From the NCBI GenBank assembly GCA_012744445.1, contig JAAYBZ010000169.1, forward strand, positions 24,946 to 88,945: a stretch of DNA of 64,000 nt. The letters run 5' to 3'. The position numbers and the translations under genes are program-made. The notes below the pieces were generated by a model. The model did no database searches. It was not told where the DNA came from and saw only the letters and a program-made list of their open reading frames with translations. Position 1 is the first letter of the stretch, and each line of letters starts with the position of its first letter. This document shows positions 25,119 through 32,233 of the stretch, piece by piece. Source of the DNA: Myxococcales bacterium (lineage in GTDB: Bacteria > Myxococcota_A > Polyangia > Polyangiales > Houyiibacteriaceae).

Positions 25119-27119
25119 ATGAAGCCCTTCTACATCACGACGCCCATCTACTACGTCAACGATCGCCCGCACATCGGCCACGCCTACTCCACCATCGCGA
25201 CTGACGTGCTCACGCGCTTCGCGAAGGTGCGCGGGCGTCCCACGCGGTTCCTCACGGGCCTCGACGAGCACGGCCTCAAGATCGAGCGTCGCGCGCGTGA
25301 GCTCGGCAAGGAGCCGCAGGCGTTCGTCGACGAGATGGCCACGCCCTTCCAGGAGGCGTGGAAGGCGCTGAACTGCCAGCACGACGACTTCATCCGCACC
25401 ACCGAGCCGCGCCACAAGGAGCGCGCCCAGGCCATCTTCCAGCGGATGGTCGAGGCCGGCGACGTCTACGAGGGCGAGTACGAAGACTGGTACTGCGTCG
25501 GCTGCGAGAGCTTCAAGCTCGAGCGCGAGCTCCTCGAGGGCAACGTCTGCCCGGATCACAAGAAGCCCTGCGAGCGGATCAAGGAGAAGAGCTACTTCTT
25601 CCGCCTCTCCAAGTACGGCCCCAAGCTCCTCGAGTTCTACGAGGCGCACCCCCACTTCGTCGCGCCGCAGGGGCGCTACAACGAGGTGAAGAGCTTCGTC
25701 GCCGAAGGGCTCCGCGACCTCTCCATCTCGCGCACGAGCTTCAAGTGGGGCATCCCGGTGCCGGGCGCGCCCGAGCACGTGATGTACGTCTGGCTCGACG
25801 CGCTCACCAACTACGTGACCGCGCTCGGCGGCCCGGCGGAGCCCGGCGAGGCCCCGCTCTACGATCGCTTCTGGGCCAACCCGGAGTCGCAGGTCGTCCA
25901 CATCGTCGGCAAGGACATCCTCCGCTTCCACGCCGTCTACTGGCCGGCCTTCTTGATGAGCGCGGGGCTCCGCCTGCCCTCGCAGATCCAGGCGCACGGC
26001 TGGCTCACCATCAACGGCGAGAAGATGTCGAAGAGCCTCGGCAACTTCCTCCCGCCCGTGCCGCTCGCCGAGGCCGTGGGCGTCGACGTCCTCCGCTACT
26101 ACCTCATGCGCGAGGTCGGCTTCGGCTACGACGGCGACTTCAGCCACAAGAACCTCGTCGCCCGCTACAACGGCGAGCTCGCGAACGGCCTCGGCAACCT
26201 GCTCAACCGCATCCTGCCGTTCGTGGAGAAGCACTTCGGCGGCGTGATCCAGCCGCTCGACGAGCCCGGCGAGCTCGAGATCGAGCTCCGGGAGGCGGCG
26301 CGCAAGGCGGCCTTCGAGGCCAACCGCCACCTCGAGGAGGTGCTCCCGCACCGCGCGCTCGACGCCATCTGGGAGCTCGTCGCGTTCGCCAACCGCTACG
26401 TCGATCGCACCGAGCCCTGGAAGCTCAGCAAGAACGGCGACGAGCGCGCCCTCGCCCGCTGCACCACGGCCATCATCGAAGCGCTCGCGGCCGTGAGCGT
26501 GATGGCCTGGCCCTTCATGCCGGGGAAGTGCGATCTCCTCCGCGCGCAGATCGGCCTCCCGCCGCTCGAGCCCGAGGAGGGCGCCTGCATGTGGCCCTTC
26601 GAGCCGCGCGAGACCGTGGCCGGCAAGAAGGTCGTGAAGGGCGAAGCCCTCTTCCCGCGCATCGACGCCAAGGCCGAGGCCGCGCTCCTCGAGAAGCTCG
26701 GCGTGAAGCCGGCCGAGCCCGCGGCGCCCAAGGACGAGGCGCCCAAGGCCAAGCTCGCGGACGAGCCCTCCAAGCTCGCCGAGCCCGAAGGCGGCTACAT
26801 CACCTTCGACGACTTCGCCAAGGTCGACCTCCGCCTCGGCCTCGTCCTCTCGGCCGAGCCCGTGCCCAAGAGCGACAAGCTCCTCCGCCTCAAGGTCGAT
26901 CTCGGAGAGGCGGAGCCGCGGCAGATCCTCGCCGGCATCCGCCAGCGTTACGCGCCCGAGGCGATGGTCGGCCGCCGCGTGGTCGTCGTGGCCAACCTCG
27001 CCCCGCGCAAGCTCCTCGGCTTCACGAGCCAGGGCATGGTGCTCGCCGTCGGCGACGGCGACGCCTTCTCGGTGCTCGGCGTCGAGGGCGAGATCGCGCC
27101 TGGAAGCAGGGTGAGCTGA
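25119..27119 (+). CDS. metG: methionine--tRNA ligase with C-terminal tRNA-binding (EMAP-like) domain
   Basis: YYVNDRPHIGHAYS (HIGH motif), KMSKSLGN (KMSKS motif), the CVGCESF..CPDHKKPC zinc knuckle, and a C-terminal FAKVDLRLGLVLSAEPVPKSDKLLRLKVDLG OB-fold. Confidence 0.95.
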   Translation: MKPFYITTPIYYVNDRPHIGHAYSTIATDVLTRFAKVRGRPTRFLTGLDEHGLKIERRARELGKEPQAFVDEMATPFQEAWKALNCQHDDFIRTTEPRHKERAQAIFQRMVEAGDVYEGEYEDWYCVGCESFKLERELLEGNVCPDHKKPCERIKEKSYFFRLSKYGPKLLEFYEAHPHFVAPQGRYNEVKSFVAEGLRDLSISRTSFKWGIPVPGAPEHVMYVWLDALTNYVTALGGPAEPGEAPLYDRFWANPESQVVHIVGKDILRFHAVYWPAFLMSAGLRLPSQIQAHGWLTINGEKMSKSLGNFLPPVPLAEAVGVDVLRYYLMREVGFGYDGDFSHKNLVARYNGELANGLGNLLNRILPFVEKHFGGVIQPLDEPGELEIELREAARKAAFEANRHLEEVLPHRALDAIWELVAFANRYVDRTEPWKLSKNGDERALARCTTAIIEALAAVSVMAWPFMPGKCDLLRAQIGLPPLEPEEGACMWPFEPRETVAGKKVVKGEALFPRIDAKAEAALLEKLGVKPAEPAAPKDEAPKAKLADEPSKLAEPEGGYITFDDFAKVDLRLGLVLSAEPVPKSDKLLRLKVDLGEAEPRQILAGIRQRYAPEAMVGRRVVVVANLAPRKLLGFTSQGMVLAVGDGDAFSVLGVEGEIAPGSRVS

Positions 27120-27123
27120 GCGC

Positions 27124-28095
27124 GTGTCGCTCCTCCCGCCCCTGCCGCCCACGTTCGAAGCCGCGCTGCGCGACGTGAACGCGAAGGGGGGGCAATTCCG
27201 CCTCGCCGCCGCCGTGGCGCTGGGCGATGCCCCCCAGGGCCGCGAAGACGAGGCGCGCGCCGGATTGCTCGTGCTCGCGCGCGACGCCGATCCGCGCATC
27301 CGCGCCGCGGCCCTCCGCTCGGCCGCGCGCCTCCCCCATCGCTGCCTCGTCCCGCTCGTCGACGAGGCCCTCGATCGCGTCCACCCGCTCACGCTCGACG
27401 CCGCCCTCGAGCTCGCCGCCGCCCTCGACGTCGAGGGGCGGTCCCGGATCCTGGCGGCGCTCCGCTCGGCGCACCGCGACGTCCGCTTCGCCGCGGCCCG
27501 GGCCATCGCGCTCTCGCCCTTCGAGGGGGCGGGCCGCGCGCTCCTCGACGCCTTCCCCGACGACGACGCGGAGACGTCGGCGCAGATCGCCCGCGCGCTC
27601 GGCGATCTCCGGGTCCACGAGGCCGCCGACGCGCTCGCTCGAGCGGCCTCGTCCGCGCACCGTGTCCTCCGCAGCGCCGCGAGCTTTGCGCTCGCCGATC
27701 TCGGCGATCTCCGCGGCGTCCCTGGCCTCGTCGCCGCGCTCGACGATCGCGAGACGCTGGGCGACGCGGCGCTCCTCCTGGCGAAGCTCGAGCGCCGCGA
27801 GGCCTGCGCCGCCATCGAAGCCCAGGCGAACCGGCTCTTCCTGCCGCCGCTCGAGCGCGCCATCGTCCTCGGGGCCCTGGTGCGCCTCGCGGGGCACGCC
27901 GACGCCGAGCGAAAGCTCGCCCGGATGCTGCGGTCGCTCCTCCCCACGCGGCGCGCCGTCGCGGCGCACGTCGTCGTGGAGCTCGAGCTCCGCACGATGC
28001 TCCCCGCCGTCCGTGACGCGAAAGAGCGCGGACGCCTTCCTCGCGAGATCGCCGAGCACATCGAAGATCGGATCGGCGGCGGATCCCAGGTGTGA
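27124..28095 (+). CDS. HEAT-repeat protein
   Basis: GTG start 4 nt after the metG stop. Repeated DPRIRAAALRSAARL / HRDVRFAAARAIAL / ETSAQIARALGDLR / RVLRSAASFALADLGD HEAT-like units. Confidence 0.6.
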   Translation: MSLLPPLPPTFEAALRDVNAKGGQFRLAAAVALGDAPQGREDEARAGLLVLARDADPRIRAAALRSAARLPHRCLVPLVDEALDRVHPLTLDAALELAAALDVEGRSRILAALRSAHRDVRFAAARAIALSPFEGAGRALLDAFPDDDAETSAQIARALGDLRVHEAADALARAASSAHRVLRSAASFALADLGDLRGVPGLVAALDDRETLGDAALLLAKLERREACAAIEAQANRLFLPPLERAIVLGALVRLAGHADAERKLARMLRSLLPTRRAVAAHVVVELELRTMLPAVRDAKERGRLPREIAEHIEDRIGGGSQV

Positions 28096-28180
28096 ATCCA
28101 AGCCACACGTCGTGTGTGATTTCACGCCTCGCGCCGCGCGCCACCCCGAGAAAAGGCTAAGAAACCGTCGAGTTCGGCGC

Positions 28181-28196
28181 TGGCACGCGCTGTGCT
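28181..28196 (+). promoter_or_regulatory. candidate sigma-54 (-24/-12) promoter
   Basis: CTGGCACGCGCTGTGCTA versus the consensus YTGGCACGrNNNTTGCW. GG and GC have the correct 10-nt spacing, with one mismatch in the -12 box. It lies 15 nt upstream of ATG 28211 (36 nt upstream of the alternative ATG 28232). A 13-bp perfect palindrome CACACGTCGTGTG (28104-28116) sits 65-77 bp upstream. Confidence 0.4.
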
Positions 28197-28210
28197 AGGA
28201 CGTTCCTCCC

Positions 28211-29026
28211 ATGAGGTACTCGATCCTGGGGATGGGCCGATCACTCGGCCTCGATGCTTGTCTTTTCCTTGCTTGTCTCCTCGCGATCTCCGCGAGCGGA
28301 TGCTCCACGACACTCCCCTCACCACCGGGGCGGATGCTCCACCTCACGACGCCCAAGAGCGTCGGCAAGGGTCGGGGCGAGGTCACGGCGGCCTTCGGCA
28401 CCGCGCACTCCGGGGGATTCTTCGAAGAAGACCTCGGCGTGATGGGTGGTGAGGTCCACGGGCGCTATGGGCTCAGCGAGCGGACCGACATCGGGCTCTC
28501 GGCGTTCGCCGCGGGGCTTCGAGGGGACGAAGACGTGCTCCTCGTCTCCCACCACCGCGGGATCTATGCCGCACGTCTCTCCCTCCACCACGAGCTCGTC
28601 CCGCGTTTCGTGGCCCTCCAGGTGGGCTTCGCCGGGGGCGGATCGGCGGCGGGCGGCTTCGTGAGCCCCGACGCGGGGATCACCCTCGGCTACGAGAACC
28701 CGCACCTCGTCCCGTACGCGTACGGCTCGTTCTACTTCAGCCAGCCCATCGCCGAGACCACGCTCGACATGAGCACCGAAGACTCACCGAACGATCTACG
28801 GACGCCGTATCCCTCCTTCGGCCCCCGGGCCGGCCTGGGTCTGCGGGTGCCCATCGGTCCGCGCGTCGATCCACACAGCTCCCTCCTCTTGGAGTTGGGC
28901 GGCACGTGGATGTACGGCGACGATCCCGCCGAAGAGGAAGGGCTCGACGGGCAGCGCGCCTTCCTCCAGTTCGGCCTGGCCTATCGGCTCCACCTGGGCC
29001 GCAAGGCCCGCGCGCCCGCCGACTGA
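28211..29026 (+). CDS. hypothetical lipoprotein (possible small beta-barrel)
   Basis: Lipobox LLAISASGC. Gly/aromatic-rich alternating strands follow (GEVTAAFGTAHSGGFF, GEVHGRYGLS, GIYAARLSLHHE, ALQVGFAGGG). No family recognised. Confidence 0.6.
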   Translation: MRYSILGMGRSLGLDACLFLACLLAISASGCSTTLPSPPGRMLHLTTPKSVGKGRGEVTAAFGTAHSGGFFEEDLGVMGGEVHGRYGLSERTDIGLSAFAAGLRGDEDVLLVSHHRGIYAARLSLHHELVPRFVALQVGFAGGGSAAGGFVSPDAGITLGYENPHLVPYAYGSFYFSQPIAETTLDMSTEDSPNDLRTPYPSFGPRAGLGLRVPIGPRVDPHSSLLLELGGTWMYGDDPAEEEGLDGQRAFLQFGLAYRLHLGRKARAPAD

Positions 29027-29077
29027 GGCGCGTGCCTGCGGCTCGACGGCGGCTCCATTCTTCGTACAAACAGGCGA

Positions 29078-29872
29078 ATGCCCCTCTTCGACTCGCACTG
29101 CCACCTCGACGACCCGCGGCTCGCCTCGTCCCTCGACGAGGTGATCGCCCGCGCCGGAGAAGCAGACGTCCGCCGCATGACCGCGATCGGCTACGTGCGG
29201 TCCCTCGAGAACATCCGCGCGGCCATCGACATCGCCGAGGCCTACCCCGATCGCGTGTTCTCCACGCTGGGGGTCCATCCCCACGAGGCTTCGCTCTACG
29301 ACGACACGCTCGAGCAGGCGATGGAGGCGCTCGCCAGCCACCGCTCGGTCGTGGCGATCGGCGAGATCGGCCTCGACTACTACTACGACCACAGCCCCCG
29401 CGAGGTGCAGAGGGAGGTCTTCCGCCGACAGATCGCCCTCGCCCGCCGCCTGAAGCAGCCGATCGTCATCCACACCCGCGACGCGGCCGAGGACACGCTC
29501 GCGATCCTCCGCGAGGAACGGGCCCACGACGTCGGCGGGATCATCCATTGTTTCAGCGAGGATGCCGATTTCGCCAAGGCCGCCCTCGATCTCGGGTTCG
29601 TGGCGAGCTTCAGCGGGATCGTGACGTTCAAGAACGCCAAAGCCGTGCAGGAAGCGGCCCGCGTGCAGCCGCTCACCGATCTCCTGATCGAGACGGATGC
29701 CCCCTATCTCGCGCCCGTTCCCCACCGGGGACGTACCAACGAGCCCGCTTTCGTGTATCATGTCGCCCACGCGATCGCGGCGCTCCGCGGCATATCGCTG
29801 GAAGAGGTCGTCGAGGCCTCCTGGGAGAACGCCCACCGGGTCTTCCGTCTCCCACTTCCCCAAATCACTTGA
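29078..29872 (+). CDS. tatD: TatD-family metal-dependent hydrolase
   Basis: MPLFDSHCHLDD, GVHPHEA, AIGEIGLDYYY, VIHTRDA, GIIHCFS, LIETDAPYLAP: the complete TatD motif set. Confidence 0.92.
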   Translation: MPLFDSHCHLDDPRLASSLDEVIARAGEADVRRMTAIGYVRSLENIRAAIDIAEAYPDRVFSTLGVHPHEASLYDDTLEQAMEALASHRSVVAIGEIGLDYYYDHSPREVQREVFRRQIALARRLKQPIVIHTRDAAEDTLAILREERAHDVGGIIHCFSEDADFAKAALDLGFVASFSGIVTFKNAKAVQEAARVQPLTDLLIETDAPYLAPVPHRGRTNEPAFVYHVAHAIAALRGISLEEVVEASWENAHRVFRLPLPQIT

Positions 29873-29896
29873 CGAGCCCTAGGCTCGACGTATCCT
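29869..29896 (+). promoter_or_regulatory. candidate sigma-70-type promoter for the L3-rlmE pair
   Basis: TTGACG (29869-29874, overlapping the tatD stop), a 16-nt spacer, then TATCCT (29891-29896). The spacer holds the palindrome AGCC-CTA-GGCT. GGAGGA (29919-29924) precedes GTG 29929. Confidence 0.4.
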
Positions 29897-29928
29897 TCGC
29901 CCCCCTTCTTCCGTCCTCGGAGGACGTC

Positions 29929-30594
29929 GTGAATCAGAATTCCGGCCTCATCGGAACCAAGCTCGGTAATACCCAAATCTTCACGGACGACGGTGAGGTC
30001 GTCCGCGTCACCGCGATCCAGGCCGGCCCCTGCGTGGTCGTCGGCAAGCGCACCCCCGAGAAGCACGGCTATTCGGCCGTCCAGATCGGCTTCGGGAAGG
30101 CTCGCGAGAAGAACGTCTCCAAGCCGGAGGCGGGCTTCTACAAGAAGGCCGGCGTCGAGGCTCCGCGGGTCGTTCGCGAGTTCCGTCTCCCCGAGGAGGA
30201 GGTCGCCAAGCTCGAGGTCGGTCAGACCCTCAGCCCCGCCGACATCTTCACCGAGGGCCAGTTCGTCGACGTGACGGGCGTGACCAAGGGCCGCGGCTTC
30301 ACGGGCGTCATGAAGCGCCACAACTTCGCCGGCGCCGCGACCAAAACGCACGGTACGCACGAGTACAAGCGCCACGGTGGTTCGATCGGTCAGAACATGA
30401 CCCCGGGCCGCACGTTCAAGGGCATGGGCATGCCCGGCCACTACGGCAACGAGCGCGTCACGGTGCAGAACCTCCGCGTCGTGAAGGTCCTCGCCGAGGA
30501 GAACGTCGTCCTCGTCGAGGGCGCCGTCCCGGGTCCGCGCAACGGCGTGGTCACCGTCCGCGGCGCGGTCAAGAAGACCAAGAAGGCTGGCTGA
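29929..30594 (+). CDS. rplC: 50S ribosomal protein L3 (divergent, not in an S10 operon)
   Basis: From GTG 29929: GLIGTKLGNTQIFTDDGEVVRVTAIQAGP..., KPEAGFYKKAGVEAPRVVREFR, VDVTGVTKGRGFTGVMKRHNF, GSIGQNMTPGRTFKG, GNERVTVQNLRVVKV, LVEGAVPGPRNG. This is the L3 fold and order of motifs, but several near-invariant residues differ. Confidence 0.85.
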   Translation: MNQNSGLIGTKLGNTQIFTDDGEVVRVTAIQAGPCVVVGKRTPEKHGYSAVQIGFGKAREKNVSKPEAGFYKKAGVEAPRVVREFRLPEEEVAKLEVGQTLSPADIFTEGQFVDVTGVTKGRGFTGVMKRHNFAGAATKTHGTHEYKRHGGSIGQNMTPGRTFKGMGMPGHYGNERVTVQNLRVVKVLAEENVVLVEGAVPGPRNGVVTVRGAVKKTKKAG

Positions 30595-30601
30595 GTAAGC
30601 T

Positions 30602-31270
30602 CTGTCTCGTTCCCGCGTCCATCGACGGCAGCACCAAGGGCGGAGGCTCGAAGACGAGTTCGGCCGCCGCGCCAAGCGCGAAGGCTACCCCGCCCGCTCC
30701 GTCTACAAGCTCGAAGAGATCGACCAGAAGGTCCGGCTCTTCCGACGCGGCCAAAGGGTCCTCGATCTGGGCGCGAGCCCGGGGTCGTGGACCCTTTATG
30801 CTGCCGAGCGCGTGGGCCGCGAGGGCAAGGTCCGCGGCCTCGACATCAAGCCGCACGCGGCCGCCCTGCCCCCCAACGCCACCATCGAGGTCAAGGACGT
30901 CCGCACCGTGACGGCCGAGGAGCTCGGCGGCGATCGGGCCTTCGAGGTCGTGATGAGCGACATGGCGCCCGCCACGATCGGCCACCGCGAGACCGACATG
31001 GCGCGGAGCTACGAGCTCTTCATGGTCGCGCTCGATCTCGCGCTCCGCGTCCTCGCGCCGGGCGGGCACTTCGTGGGCAAGATCTTCCAGGGCGGCGAGT
31101 TCCAGAACGCGCACGCCACGCTCAAGAAGCACTTCACCACCGTGAAGGTCGTGCGGCCCAAGGCCACGCGCGAGATGAGCTACGAGGTCTTCCTCGTGGG
31201 GCTCGGCCGGCGCGAGCCCAAGGCGGCCGCGCCCACGGACGCGCCACCCACGAGCGAGCCCTCGGCCTAG
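30602..31270 (+). CDS. rlmE: 23S rRNA (uridine2552-2'-O)-methyltransferase RlmE/FtsJ; start codon non-canonical or unresolved
   Basis: The frame opens after TAA 30596-30598. It encodes RLEDEFGRRAKREGYPARSVYKLEEIDQKVRLFRRGQRVLDLGASPGSWTLYAAE (SAM motif I) upstream of the track's GTG 30812, then VVMSDMAP, GGHFVGKIFQG, KVVRPKATR. There is no ATG/GTG/TTG between 30599 and 30811. CTG 30602 is the only near-cognate codon that keeps the whole domain. Confidence 0.8.
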   Translation: MSRSRVHRRQHQGRRLEDEFGRRAKREGYPARSVYKLEEIDQKVRLFRRGQRVLDLGASPGSWTLYAAERVGREGKVRGLDIKPHAAALPPNATIEVKDVRTVTAEELGGDRAFEVVMSDMAPATIGHRETDMARSYELFMVALDLALRVLAPGGHFVGKIFQGGEFQNAHATLKKHFTTVKVVRPKATREMSYEVFLVGLGRREPKAAAPTDAPPTSEPSA

Positions 31271-31271
31271 C

Positions 31272-32222
31272 TCACCGGGATTCGGCGAGGCCGCGGCGGG
31301 CACGCTCGGCGATGGCCGGATCGTCGCGCTGCGTGGCGAGCTCCGTGAAGATCGCCTTCGCGGCGGCCTTCTCGCCCACGCGGAGGTGGATCACCCCGCG
31401 GAGGTAGCGGAGCGCGAGATCGCCCGGATAGGCGCGGAGGGCCTCGTCGGCGACCACCGCCGCCCGTCCGTAGGCCTTGCCGGCCACGAGGGCGAGCACG
31501 TGCTCTCCGGCGAGCGAGGGCGTGTCGCCGAGCTCACGGGCGCGCTCGAAGGCCATCGCGGCATCCTCGCTCTTGCCGAGGCGAAGGAGCGCCCCCGCCG
31601 CCACGGCGAGGATCGCCTTCTGATCGCCGGCGAGCGAGACGGCGCGGCGGAGCTCGGCGATCGCCTCTTCGGGTGCGTCCACCAGCGCAAGGCCCAGGCG
31701 CAGGCGCGGGAGCGGGTTCTTCGGATCGAGGCGCACGGCCTCGCGGTAGGCAGAGGCGGCGGCGCGCGCGTCCCCCCGGGCCTCGAGGACGAGCCCTCGA
31801 CCGAAGTGCGCCTCGGCGAGCTGAGGCTCGATCTCGAGCGCCCGCTCGAAGGCGGAGAGCGCTTCCTCGTCGGCCTGTCGATCGAGGAGGACCGAGCCGA
31901 GGTTCGACCAAGCGCGCGCCATGTTCGGCTCGGCCTCGACGAGCTCGCGGAGCAGCCGCTCGGCGTGGGCGCCGTCCCCCGAGAGATCGTAGGCGAGCGC
32001 GAGGTGGAGCTTCGCCCGCGGGTCGCGCGGATCGTCGCGGAGGGCTCGCTCGAGGAGACGCTTGGCCTCGTCGAGGCGACCTTCTGCGAGCGCTCGCTCG
32101 CCTTCGTCGCGGAGCGTGGCCTCGTCTTCCGGGATCTCCACCTCGGGCGTCGAAGGCCGCGGCGCAGAGCCGCCACACGCCGCGAGGGCGAGCGCCAGTG
32201 CGAACCCCCAATGATGCTTCAT
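31272..32222 (-). CDS. TPR-repeat lipoprotein
   Basis: From ATG 32222: MKHHWGFALALALAACGG (lipobox), then ~7 TPR units (e.g. AWSNLGSVLLDRQADEEALSAFERALEIEPQLAEAHFGRGLVL). The upstream 101 ORF codons are an artefactual extension. Confidence 0.75.
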   Translation of the reverse strand: MKHHWGFALALALAACGGSAPRPSTPEVEIPEDEATLRDEGERALAEGRLDEAKRLLERALRDDPRDPRAKLHLALAYDLSGDGAHAERLLRELVEAEPNMARAWSNLGSVLLDRQADEEALSAFERALEIEPQLAEAHFGRGLVLEARGDARAAASAYREAVRLDPKNPLPRLRLGLALVDAPEEAIAELRRAVSLAGDQKAILAVAAGALLRLGKSEDAAMAFERARELGDTPSLAGEHVLALVAGKAYGRAAVVADEALRAYPGDLALRYLRGVIHLRVGEKAAAKAIFTELATQRDDPAIAERARRGLAESR

Positions 32223-32233
32223 CGTTCCCCTCC

